A DNA stretch of 64,000 bases, taken from NCBI GenBank assembly GCA_010356995.1, contig ML996692.1, positions 321,933 through 385,932 of the forward strand, given 5' to 3'. Numbering within the stretch: the stretch's first letter is position 1; every line of letters begins with the position of its first letter. This stretch comes from Trichodelitschia bisporula (taxonomy: Eukaryota). Below the pieces are notes generated by a model. It did not search any database, was not told where the DNA came from, and saw only the letters and a list, made by a program, of their open reading frames with translations. The translations under genes and the position numbers were made by a program. Shown here piece after piece: positions 12,054-23,542 of the stretch.

Positions 12054-13112
12054 ATGCCACGCACACGCGCGATGAAACGCGTCGACGATGGTAACAACGA
12101 TACCGAAGCCCGTGGCCCAGACCACACCGCCTCCTCAGCAGACATCTCCCCGACATCCGCTGTCCCGAGCTTCAACGGCAAACTACAGGCTTTTGAGTAC
12201 ACAGCCGCAACAGGGACCGCATCACGCGCGAGCATCAGCCAGATGGTCGCGACCAGCGTCACCACCACCTCCCGCGCCCTCGTGGCTTCCCCGTTGAAGA
12301 AGCCCGCAAAGCGCGCCGCCGCTTCTCCCGCCAGCACCGCCAGCCCGGCCAAGAAGAAGCGCGAGAGCAGCAAATATGCGCCTCCATCCAAGTACGCCCA
12401 CCTCTCGCCGCTGACGGATATTCTCGAGCCGGGCCTGCTTCTCGTGTTCGTAGGGTTCAATCCTGGTGTGCGGACGGCGACGATGGGCCATGCCTACGCC
12501 CATCCGTCGAATGCATTCTGGCGCCTCCTGCATTCGTCCGGCTTGACGGACCGCCGGTGTAGGCCTGAGGAGGATGTGGACTTGCCGCGGCTGTATAGCT
12601 ACGGAAATACGAACATCATTTCGCGACCGACGCGTGATGCGGCGGAGCTGAGTAAGGACGAGATGCTCGAAGGTGCGTTGGAGCTACAGCGCAAGATGCG
12701 GGCCATCAAGCCTGAGGTGGTGTGCATCGTGGGCAAGAGCATCTGGGAATCAATCTGGCAGCAGCGGTGGGGAAAGAAGCCGACCAAGAAGGAGTTTAGC
12801 TACGGGTGGCAGGATGAGAGGCATAACATCGGCACACTGGAGATTGAAAAGGGAGATGAAGATGCCGACTGGCCGGGATCGAAGGTGTTTGTTGCTACAA
12901 GCACTAGCGGCTTGTCAGCATACCCGAAGCCCGCTGAGAAGGAGGCGATCTGGAAACCGTTGGGAGAGTGGGCGCAGCAGCGGAGGAGAGAGCGTGCCGA
13001 GACGGCTGCCGCCGTGGGGGCAGCGGATGCGGGAGCGGGAGAGGAAGCTAGTGTGGCGATCGCAGCTGCGAGTCTCGAGGCGCGAACTGAGGTGGAGGAG
13101 AAGGAGGCTTGA
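12054..13112 (+). CDS. thp1: G:T/U mismatch-specific DNA glycosylase (TDG/MUG, Thp1-like)
   Basis: LVFVGFNPG catalytic motif, GHAYAHPSNAFWRLL, GNTNII.RPT, VATSTSGL. Single exon. Confidence 0.9.
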   Translation: MPRTRAMKRVDDGNNDTEARGPDHTASSADISPTSAVPSFNGKLQAFEYTAATGTASRASISQMVATSVTTTSRALVASPLKKPAKRAAASPASTASPAKKKRESSKYAPPSKYAHLSPLTDILEPGLLLVFVGFNPGVRTATMGHAYAHPSNAFWRLLHSSGLTDRRCRPEEDVDLPRLYSYGNTNIISRPTRDAAELSKDEMLEGALELQRKMRAIKPEVVCIVGKSIWESIWQQRWGKKPTKKEFSYGWQDERHNIGTLEIEKGDEDADWPGSKVFVATSTSGLSAYPKPAEKEAIWKPLGEWAQQRRRERAETAAAVGAADAGAGEEASVAIAAASLEARTEVEEKEA

Positions 13113-13659
13113 TGGGTGATGTTCTGCCATCTTGTTCTCATCTTTTCACGATTTCGAAGTCGATTTAGCATGGAGCGAAGTGGCGTTGTCTGGGCTGTTC
13201 TATACCCCTATCCTCTTTGCTTGACATTTACTATCTGCTCTATGACAATGAATGGTACTGCTCGGTTATTGTTCACTTACTATCGTGTCTCTTCGGGGAA
13301 CTCCATGAACCGAAACTTGAATCTCAAACGTTGGGAAGGATAGTGGCTGTGCAGCCGATCACCCCGCAGCTGCGCCACAGCGGCCTGATCACTAGCCACT
13401 TCTACCAGGGCAAAGAAACTGACGTCGTCCAGTGGGATGTCGAAGCGCCCGGGAGCAAGGCCAAGCGCTGCTAGAATTCCAATATAGTCATTACCCCTCC
13501 ACTCACTCCCCTCCACTTGCCTCACACATCCTGCACGCCTTGATTCTTATCACCTTTCACCTTTTTAACCTCTACTTATTCCTCCTTCAACTCTCGTCGC
13601 CTCTCTCGCTGCTCCCCCGCATCTCACCTCCGCTACTGCGTAGTAGCAGCTACCCCACC

Positions 13660-15234
13660 ATGGCCAACCACCACGATCCCCGCCTGCTCTACTCCATCTC
13701 AGGCATAAACGCCTATCACCTGCAGAATGGCGAAGAGGCCTCCCTTACGCCGTCCGGACCCCAGACCCTCTCCCTCCTCATGGTGCCAACCAATTCGCCG
13801 TTTTCCGATGGCCCAGCCGCCGCCGCGCCCGAGGAGGACTTCTACCTGCACCTGAATCTGCCACCGGAGCTGGACCTGCCGCTTCCCGCCACCACGCAGA
13901 TCTACCACCAGCCGCCGCACTCATACCTCATCCCGCGCTGGGACTTGGGCCCGGACAGCGGTGCCTTCACTCGCATTGAGTTTCCGTCCATTGGTTCGGG
14001 GCCTGACCGCGTGAGCCAGGAGGACGTGGATACCTTTGAGACTATCCTGGCCCAGTGCACTGCTTTCCTTGAGCGTGCGCGGGCGCCCAGTCCCAGCAGG
14101 GACTACAAGCCGTACAATCCGCAGGAGTTCAAGCCCGGCGAGGCATACGCTCCTGGAACGGGATCGGGACACCATGGACAGATCGTGCTGGTAAATGAGG
14201 ATGATGGGAGCGTGGTGGGTGAGCTCATGGAGGGCGCCGAGACAATGGACGACTCCAAGATAACCCCGGGCGAAAAGGGTTGGGTCCTAGTTGATCTCCC
14301 CCCTGCACCCGCTGACGGTACAGATCCTGTCGAGATTCAGATCTCGTCTGACGGTAAGCGCATCGAGGTGCGCCCCATCGAAGATGACTTCCTCGAAATG
14401 GCGAACCATCCCGCATACCGCAGCTCGACGCTTGTGCAGAATGCGGCTGCCGCCTCGCGCCTCATCGTCACCGGCTCAAGCTATCTGGGCAGCATGCTGT
14501 CCTCGAGCGCAGAAGCCTTTACGCAAAAGACGAAGCCCAACCCGAAGCCGCTGAACTTCAAGCCGGCGACGCATGCCCGTGTCCGCAAAATCAACAGCAT
14601 GACGCAAGGCGTCGCCGGCATGTCGGCCAAAACCGTCGGCCAAGCGACCAAGTACGCGCAGAATTTGGGTGCCACGCTCGCGCGCCGCGGTGAAGCCAAA
14701 CGCAAGATCGACAACGAGAACTACAAGCCGGGCCTGCTGAATAAGAGTATGATCGCCTTCAGCACGATTGCGGACGGTATTGCTGCCAGCGGGAAGCACC
14801 TGCTGATTTCCGGCGGCGCGGCGGCTACCACGGTCGTGGGCCACAAGTACGGCGACGAGGCGGGTGCGGTGGCGAGCGAGCTCGCGGGCGGCGTTAAGAA
14901 CGTTGGCCTCGTTTACATCGACGTTACGGGCGTGTCGCGGCGCGCCGTCATAAAGAGTGTTGCCAAGGGCATGGTTGTTGGGAAGGTGAGCGGCGGAGGC
15001 CAAGTCGTGGTCGGCGGCGGTGACGGTGGGGTCATCCCCGAGGCTGACGTTAAGCGCGCCGGGTTGCCGGCGGGGAGTTATGGTACCACTGGAGGGTCGT
15101 CAGCTGCGGCGGGTGCACCGACGGGACCTGGATTGATCGGGTACGGGAACTCGGCGACTCCCGGGCCGCCGAGCTACGCATCCTCTGCTGGGACGGGAGA
15201 GTGGCAGGGGGAGAAGCGCGAGAAGTACCGGTAG
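13660..15234 (+). CDS. Senescence/spartin-associated domain protein
   Basis: Fungal spartin-like pattern: DPRLLYSI..., EDFYLHL, AFSTIADGI, TTVVGHKYG.EAG, VGLVYIDVTGVSRRAVIKSVAKG. In-frame intron 14279-14323. Confidence 0.75.
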   Translation: MANHHDPRLLYSISGINAYHLQNGEEASLTPSGPQTLSLLMVPTNSPFSDGPAAAAPEEDFYLHLNLPPELDLPLPATTQIYHQPPHSYLIPRWDLGPDSGAFTRIEFPSIGSGPDRVSQEDVDTFETILAQCTAFLERARAPSPSRDYKPYNPQEFKPGEAYAPGTGSGHHGQIVLVNEDDGSVVGELMEGAETMDDSKITPGEKGWVLVDLPPAPADGTDPVEIQISSDGKRIEVRPIEDDFLEMANHPAYRSSTLVQNAAAASRLIVTGSSYLGSMLSSSAEAFTQKTKPNPKPLNFKPATHARVRKINSMTQGVAGMSAKTVGQATKYAQNLGATLARRGEAKRKIDNENYKPGLLNKSMIAFSTIADGIAASGKHLLISGGAAATTVVGHKYGDEAGAVASELAGGVKNVGLVYIDVTGVSRRAVIKSVAKGMVVGKVSGGGQVVVGGGDGGVIPEADVKRAGLPAGSYGTTGGSSAAAGAPTGPGLIGYGNSATPGPPSYASSAGTGEWQGEKREKYR

Positions 15235-15516
15235 AGGTTGTGATCGGTGTCGGACGAGACGGGTAATGATGTGATGGCCTCTTTGTACGTATTCTATACT
15301 TTGTGTGCGGGCATATGACGATTTTTCGGGACTTCTGCAAGGGGTATGCTCGACTTGATAGACAATGAAAGCAAAGAAGGTTATAGCTTGCGAAACTACG
15401 AGTGAAGTGTCCTGTGCATGTTGTGCTGGCTGCTTGATATCAGCGGTGTGCTACGCCGCTCGTAAGGCGCCCAGGCATCCGCGTAAAAAGCAGCGTGACC
15501 TCGCGCCGCAGCCGCG

Positions 15517-15522
15517 ACGCGT
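15517..15522. promoter_or_regulatory. Possible MCB-like (ACGCGT) element upstream of the SNF2 helicase
   Basis: ACGCGT about 100 nt before the ATG, within a cluster of CGCG cores at 15479-15575. Confidence 0.3.
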
Positions 15523-15618
15523 TTGACCAGGGCAGGGGGTGACCCAGTACGTCAACGACTTCCGCTACCGCGTCGCACTCCAATCCGCACCGCAGCGCAG
15601 CGCAACACGCACCACACG

Positions 15619-18116
15619 ATGCCCGCGCGCAATTCCTCAATCTCAGGCTCTGGATCGCCTGCAATGGTGTCAACTCCCTTACTGAACGATACTGCAGTCC
15701 AGACGCCAGACACGGATCCCTCTCTCTCGTCTAACATCCTGTCCGAACAAGCCTCCCTCGAAGCCTCAATCAGCGCCGCGCAACGCAAACATGATGAAGA
15801 TATGGCTGTGCGGCGGGCGGATGATCTTGCGCTCGGTGAGGAGGGGGTTGATCGCAAGTTTAAGGCGCTGGAGTTTTTGCTTAAACAGAGTCGGGTTTAT
15901 TCGACTATCATGCTAGCGCAGATAGGTGGGACGAAGGGAGGAGAAGATGAAGCGAAAGAAGAGGAAGAGGTGAAGAAGGAGCAGGAGGTGGAAGAGACTC
16001 CGAAGGGGAAAGGGAAGTCTGCGAGTAAGGCTGGGAAGGCGAAGGGAAAGGCGAAGGCCAAGAAGGGCCAAAGCCAAATTTCGGACTTTCTGAAGCGCGA
16101 AGATGTCGCAGCCAAAGCGGATAAGGGCGGCGTCGCTGCTGCTCTGAAACAAGAGGCTGAGGACACGAAGGACAGTGTTCACCCTGGAGAAGTCGGATTC
16201 CAGGAGGTGCGGACCGCGAAGCAGCCAAAACTTGTCACCGGAGGCACGATGCGCAAGTACCAGCTTGAGGGACTCTCCTGGCTCACATCACTGTACGAGA
16301 ATGGACTGAACGGCATCCTTGCGGACGAGATGGGTCTCGGAAAAACGATACAGACGATCGCGTTCCTAGCGTTTTTGCGCGAGATGGGCTCGAATGGACC
16401 GTTTTTGGTTGCTGCGCCGCTGAGTACGACGAGTAACTGGGTGAATGAGTTCAAGAAGTGGACGCCGGAGATTCCGGTTGTGCTCTATCATGGGACTAAG
16501 GTGGAGCGTGGCGAGATCCGCCGCAAGAGGCTGAAGAAGCCCGGTAGCCCGGGGTTTCCGGTTGTGATTACGAGTTATGAGATTTGTATGAATGATCGCA
16601 AGTTTCTGGCAGGCATGGGGTGGAAGTTTATCATAATTGTGAGTACTGCGTGGGATGAGGTGGACGAGGCTGATATTTGCAGGACGAGGGGCACCGTATC
16701 AAGAATCTCAACTGTCGGCTTGTGCGCGAGCTGCAATCATACCAGTCGGCCAACCGGCTCCTCATCACGGGAACACCACTGCAGAACAACCTTACCGAGC
16801 TCTGGTCGCTCCTGCACTTCCTCATGCCGGAAATCTTCGATAAACTCGAAGCCTTCGAGTCCTGGTTCGACTTCTCCGAGCTCAAAGACGCACAAGGCTA
16901 CGAGCAACTCCTAACCGAAGACCGCCAGAAGACTCTTGTTACTTCCCTCCACGCCATCCTCAAGCCCTTCCTCCTCCGTCGCGTCAAAGCCGATGTCGAG
17001 AAATCCCTCCCCCGGAAGCGCGAGTACGTGCTTTACGCGCCGCTCACCACTATGCAACAGGAACTCTACCAGGCGATACTGGAGGGATCGAGCCGCTCGT
17101 TCCTCGAGGAGAAAGCGCTCGAGCGCCTGAGCCTCAGCGGCACGGGAACTCCATCCTCAACCCGCAGCGCGAGCCGCGCAAGCAAAAAGCGCACCCTCGA
17201 CATCCCAGACGAGCCCTCCAAAAGCGCAAAGTCAAGCCGCGCAGCCACGCCCTCCTCGGGACGAAGCACGCGTGCACGGCGACAAGACTACAAGGAAATA
17301 AGCGACAGCGCATACTTCGCATCGCTCGAAGCCGCAGCCACCGAAAGCTCCCCGGAACCAGAGCCTGAGCTCACTCCTTTTGCGACCAGTCTCATGCTCG
17401 CAAAGCGGCAGATCTCGAACAAGAAACTGCAGAACCCGCTCATGCAGCTGCGACTCTGCTGCGACCACCCTTACAACTTCTTTAACCCCTTCACGCTACC
17501 CGATCCCGATGCCCCGGACGCAGATGTCGCGGTCGACGAGACCGTCGTCACCGCTAGCGGGAAGATGGTGCTGCTGGATGCACTGCTACCGGCGCTGTTC
17601 AAGGGCGGGCACAAGGTGCTCATTTTCAGCCAGTTCAAGACGCAGCTCGATCTCCTAGGCCTCTATGCCGAGTTGCGCGGCTGGGCCGCGTGCCGCATCG
17701 ACGGCAGCGTCGCGCAGGCGGACCGCCAGGCACAGATCGATGCATTCAACGCGCCGCCCGGGGCCGAGGAGGCGGTCAACCTCTTCCTGCTCAGCACACG
17801 GGCGGGCGGCGTGGGGATCAACCTCGCAGCCGCGGATACAGTGGTCCTATTCGACTCGGACTGGAACCCGCAAATGGATTTGCAAGCGCAAGATCGGGCT
17901 CACCGGATCGGGCAGCGGCGCCCCGTCATCGTTTATCGTCTCGCCACGCGGGGTACTGTGGAACAGGATCTGCTCGAGAGTGCGGAGGGGAAGAGACGGC
18001 TTGAGAAATTGGTTATTCGTAAGGGGGGCGTGACGGGCAGGCTTGATGAGGGGGGGGTGTGGCGGGCGGTGGAGGGGAGGGGGGAGGGGGGGTTGTTGGA
18101 GGGGTTGAAGGCGTAG
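15619..18116 (+). CDS. IRC5: SNF2-family chromatin remodeller, LSH/HELLS/DDM1/IRC5 subfamily
   Basis: NGILADEMGLGKTIQ, IIII|DEGHRIKN, LITGTPLQNN, HKVLIFSQF, FLLSTRAGG.GINL, DSDWNPQ.DLQAQDRAHRIGQ. Intron 16639-16682. Confidence 0.88.
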
Positions 18117-18689
18117 ATGGGCTGGGATTTGTGGGGGGCATGGCGTTCACTGGGTATGCACATGGGCGCGGGAATTAATTTCGGATTTATTTGTCTGTAT
18201 ATGCGTGTGAGGGTTCGACGTTCCACAGGTTCAGTGCGAGCCATCAAGTGATGAGGGGGTCGATCGAATTTTCATCTCTAAGGCTAGCACCGTACGTACA
18301 CTTCATGCTCATACATGGCGCGATAACGTGATGCCGCTGCGTGATCGGGGAAGCATCAATTTCATGCACCTTCCCAAACGGGAAGTCGTCGGTCACGACT
18401 TCCTCACACGTCGAAATTCCCCGGAAATTTTCGCGCTAAGGCCCGGAGATACATTTATGCGGCCCTTTCGAGTTCACAGACCACTCAGCTCCTACAAACC
18501 AGTCACTCCGTCAGAGCATTTCATTTAAATTCCATCACCACTGCTCATCATCAAGTAACCTTCCCTCAACAAATAGCTTCCTCCCCCCACGATATACACT
18601 ATCGGTGACTATATCATCATCCTCTTCACCATCTTCATTGCAAGTTCATAGTATAAGGTTATTATATATCTCTATACATTTTCCTCTTT

Positions 18690-20900
18690 TCAGCCTTGCC
18701 GCCGTGCCCAAATCAGGGCCAGCTCATCCCTCGTCGTCGGCATCGCCGACTTCGGTAAGTACCAATTCCTTCCACATCGATCTCGATCTGCCTAACATTC
18801 CAAGTAGAAACAGTCGTCCTTGGACCCGGTGGTATTGCCTTGGGCCCTGGAGCCGCAGATGCGGCGGCTGGTGACGACATGGCGGATGGCCTGCTGGCGG
18901 TCTGCTCTTCAGGGGCAAGACTTGCCAGATCCACGTGATCAAGGGTCGCAACGTGGAGGAGATCTTGGCTGGGCTCTGCGGAGGCGGCTGAGGCCAGTGA
19001 CTCGTCACTGAGCGAACCGGGCTCCGATACTGATAGCGATGCTAAGGAAAGTGAGAAGGCGATTGATGAAGCTGTTGAGAGAGAACGCACACCGTCGCCT
19101 GAGGCCTCCGACTCTTCTTTGGCTGATAAACCGGCGGCCTGCTCTTCACCGGAAAGACGTGTCAAATCCACGCCATCAAGGGTCGTAACCGTGGAAGAGA
19201 TCATGGCTGGGCTCTGCGGAGCCGGCTCCCTGGGCTTCGGGTCATGGTGCATGGAGGCCGGACTGGCTGGGTGCATGGCACCCTATCAGTTACGTCCCTC
19301 GGCATGCTGAGCTGCTTCGTGCCCCCGAGACAGGGGTAAGTGTGCTGAAGTCTGAGTTTTGATTCACTTGCTAATGGAAGACAGGGTGCGGCCGGGCCTG
19401 CGGCAGATGTTAGAAGGTGACGGCAGGCAAGGAGCTCTCAGGATCGAGGGCCAAGTGGGGGGATTGTCTATTCCTCTGCGCGATATGGCCCACGGCGGCG
19501 TTACGAATAAGCATCGGACAACTTGCCAGGGCAAAGTCCCGACTTCAGGTCGAAGGCTTCATCAGCGACCGCTCTAAGAGCCAAGCATCAGAAAGGCTTG
19601 GGCTTGTGTTCGGCGCCACTACCATCGCCGGTGGCAAAGCTGATGACAAGGCCAGCAGCGATGCTAGCGTCAACGTTGTGACTAGTACCGAGAACATCGA
19701 CAAGGAGGCTACCGGCCATGATGACTAGGTATGTGAGCCGGACGGGAAACGGTGAAATCTTCGCTAACTGCCACGAGTAGTTCGGGCGCTATTAAAGCCA
19801 CTTATGAACGCCAGGGTCCGCTGTCGCTGCAAACTTGCTAGGCGCGGAAGCGCAAACATACACTGCTGGTCTGCGCAACAATCCATCTGCTTCGGCTGTT
19901 GGGCCGGCCAGATACGTTTGCATACAACGGTCCTTCGTCGTCTGGCTCGAAGCCTTGATCCTCTTCTGCTAAAGAGGGATCTCTATATAATTGCTCTCAA
20001 GACGCTTTACGACACTGTTCCGCAGCGCCTTCACCTCTTTGAACCGTATACACAGGCCGCTCCCTACCGTGTATATCTTGATGAACATGAACTTCATCTT
20101 ATTGGCTATAACGCTGCGATGCTGTACTTGAAGGGGTTGATGAAAGGCTGTAACTTCATCTTCCGCGCCGAGCTCGATTACTGCGGGGACTGGCTCGCTC
20201 TGGCGTTCGCATATATTTGAGGAGAGTAGTCAGAAACATCAGAATCGCCTGAAGCTCTGCATCAACGCCGACTGGGTTGAGCCAATCAACATCTTCAACT
20301 GTTCCTGGTTATTCTCTGGCATGGAGGGCAACGGGCCGCTAGAGTTCCTGGAGGCATGGCTCATAGCAAACTCGACTGATATCGTTCCCAAACTCACGGT
20401 CCAGTCGATCCAGGACTTTCATTCGCGTCGGAAGCTCAAACGCTTGACCGACTGGAAGCAATGGCGCCGTGGCATGCAGGAGTACCTTGTCTCCGCCGAC
20501 TTTGTTATCCGGCGCCGTATGCAAGTCCTCTATGGAGGGATGAGACTCGAAGGACCCGGCGATGACTTTTTCATTTGCCCCACGCGTTACTACCTTGATT
20601 ATTACCGCTTCAGCTGTGAACCATTTGCAGAATGGTGGGGTTTTTGAGAAGAGTTTTGTCAAGTTTACGGACAACCTCTGCCACCAGGAGTTGATGTTCC
20701 GCGGCAGCATCATTGACATGCTTAACCCACTCATATGTTGCGCGCTGCCTGCGTGGCTGCTCGCGCAGAAGGTGGCTCGGATCATCAATGTGCTTTCACA
20801 ATTCATCTTCCCTTCATACCCGTTCAGTATTCTTTGATGGTGTGGCTGCTAACGTCCCACAGTTAATATTCGGCTGCGAGAACAGCACAGGCGAAGGTCC
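18690..20900 (+). pseudogene. Decayed spliced orphan gene (or spliced lncRNA)
   Basis: Three canonical + strand introns (18755-18807, 19336-19384, 19729-19780). Protein-like segments are broken by stops (e.g. TGA 18936) and frameshifts. Ends are approximate. Confidence 0.5.
18896..19227 (+). repeat. Imperfect ~95-bp direct repeat (18896-18989 and 19133-19227)
   Basis: ggcgg.ctgctcttca...aagac.tg.ca.atccacg..atcaagggtcg...gtgga.gagatc.tggctgggctctgcggag.cggct is present twice, differing by a 1-nt indel. Confidence 0.85.
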
Positions 20901-22007
20901 GGGATTATTGCCGATATATGTGAGATCTGAGGTCGGAGGCGGGTGGGACTGGATGATATATGCCGATGTATTGTGAGATGTACGCAATTAACTTGCACGC
21001 CAGACGTCTTCAGGCGCGCTACGAAATGCACGATCTCGGACGGCTCATCGCCATCTTCACATCCTCATTTTACCGCACCCACAAGGGCTCACCACTCGAG
21101 TCGCTTTACTTCCGCACCGTGCCAGGGTGGCGCCATGGAAGCGAAGAACAAACAGCAGAAGAAGCGATCCCCATGCGCATGGCATCATGGACCCTCATCC
21201 CCGCCGTACCCGTCAGCATCCTTGCCCTCATCCTCATGTCGCCGCGACGAGACGCAAGTTGTTCACCGCAAGGCTCCTGTCATCACTCCTGAGAAGTTGG
21301 CGTACTACGTCCCGGTCACCCCTGGGCGTTCTGCATCTTTGAACTAGTCCAGCAAAAAAGATAAAACCTTCACACAATCCCTTGCCCCAATTCCCGCAGC
21401 ATGCGAACTGGTGAAATCATGTGCCTCTTCTCTTGACTCTAAGACCCGTATCTCGGGCTAACTGTAATGTGCTGTCGATAGATGATTATTGATATTGATA
21501 TTGCATCACATCCACCTGGAGTGTGGAATGATGAAGCCGCCCGCCAGTCCACGCAGCCATTAACGACTGGAGAGCGTAAGACGCAATTCATCTACAGCCG
21601 GCTCCACCGACGCGATTTAATGTCGGGAACCGTCCATCCTCCACACCCTGATTCATCCCCGCCTCGTCCATCCGTCACAACCTCCCCTCATCGTCCAATA
21701 TCCAACCCCCCATCGTCCTCCATCCATAAAGAGTGACCCTGCCAACAATACATTCGCACGCAAACAACAATCCGCCCCAAACTCCGCACCAAAGGCACCC
21801 CCCCTCGGGAGGCTGGGTATGGCGTACAAGTCCCAAAACACACAACATCAACTTCCCAACCAATTTTTGTCTGTCCTTTTCCATCGGGCGCGTGAACGAC
21901 GAACTTTTACCCTCCCCCTCCCCTCAGCTCTGATAAGCCACTAGCCATTACCTCCCGCCCTCGCGGGCCCACAATCTACCCCCCCCCCCTCTTCCCCACC
22001 ACAGTCC

Positions 22008-23542
22008 CTACCCACTCACCGTCGGAATCCTCCTCCCTCCACACCTCTCCACAACTCCACCCCCCTCCCCCGCCTCCATCCTCCCCTGCACCAGCGGCGC
22101 ATACTTAACCCCACTAACCAACTCCCCGCCCTCCTTCCCCCCGATACGCTCCCCAGTATCAGAGCTAAAGCTATACAAATTCTGCGCCGAGTCATGCCGC
22201 GCCAGACCTGTGTTCTCGTCGTACTTCCCCCTCGTCTCGCCCTCGCGTTCCTCCCCTTCCGACCGCACTGCATATCCAGTGTCTGTGCCTGGCGTCTTTG
22301 TTTCCGAGCCGGGATCGGGCCCGTTGGACCCGAGCCACGGCGAGGCCTTGGCGCTGGCGTATGCGGCGTCGTGCAGCGCGGTCAGGCCGTTGGGCGGGAC
22401 GGAGGATGTGAGGACGGAGGGACTGGTTAGGGAGGGTGAGGGGGGCATGCCGTTGGAGCCCAGGCCGGAGGGGCCGGGCATGCCCGAAGGGCCCATACCG
22501 CTCCCGCCCATGCTTGGCCCGCTCATCCCGACGCCGGACCCCATACCCCCCGCGCCCATGCCTACGGTCGTGCGCATGGCCGATTCCCCGCCCAGACTCG
22601 GGACGAACGCGCGACCAGCTGCCGTAGGTGGGAAGGGGAGCATGCGGTCGCTGGACGGGAGGGTCTGCTGCAGAGCCAGGACGTCGAAAGAGCTCGCCTC
22701 CGTGGTCGCGGGATGGGAAGTGCGGGGGGTGGGAACGGGCATGTAAGCCATTTGCGGAGCGGCGTAGGCTGCGCTCGATTCCGGGACGAAGACGGGGTAG
22801 CTGGTGTGAGGGGCGGATTGGGGGAGCCAAGGGCGGGGTTCGGGGACGGGGTAGCCGGTGCCGTAGGAGTCGGCGGAGGAGGGCGTAGAGCCGAGATAAG
22901 TGTCGGTTGGGGAGTCGGACTCGTAGGGCAGGTACTCCCCTGGGAAGGTCTTGCTGCTCGGGCTGAGGGGGAGTGCGTGAGCGTAGGAGCGCCCGCAGTG
23001 GTAGCCCGTCGGGTACGGGGAGAGGGCGAAGGAGTTCGGCGATGCGAAGCCGGGGTAGTTGCTGCCGAGGAGGGGAGTGTTGGGAAACGAAATGTCGTGA
23101 GATCCGACCTGCTTTTCATCAACAACCGGGCCTTATGGTACAGTGATCACCCGTCTCACGTACCCGGAAGAAGTTGCAAGAGTCCGAGCCTGCCGTCCGG
23201 CAGTTCTGGCACCCCGTCCCGTTGCCCGCGTCGCCGCTGCATTTGATCTTGCGCTTACGGCAACGGGCACACTGTGCTGTTAGTATGTCCACATGGAGCC
23301 GGTAAAAGGCCCGCACGATAGCTCACCGCTACTGCAATCCGGCGCCGCGTTTGCGTTGTGCCGTTCTCCGGCTCGGGCTCGCGGGAGGCAAAGGAGCGCT
23401 CGCGGGCCGCGGGCCCGGCGCGTAGCTGCGTTGGGCGCTCGGCATAAGGATGGTGCAAAGGCGGGGAACGGTCGTCCCACTGCGTCATAGGGACGGAATG
23501 GTAGCGGCGGTCCGAGTCGGGGCTGTCGTAGTGCTTCATCAT
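22008..23542 (-). CDS. Zn(II)2Cys6 transcription factor
   Basis: RRRIAVA|CARCRKRKIKCSGDAGNGTGCQNCRTAGSDSCNFFR|VGS. Introns 23272-23326 and 23109-23163; exon 3 runs in frame into ORF 22008-22751. Confidence 0.88.

Noticed and set aside
13338..13402. Imperfect hairpin (gtggct/agccac, gatca/tgatc)
   Set aside because: Short interrupted stems expected by chance in GC-rich DNA; no snoRNA boxes.
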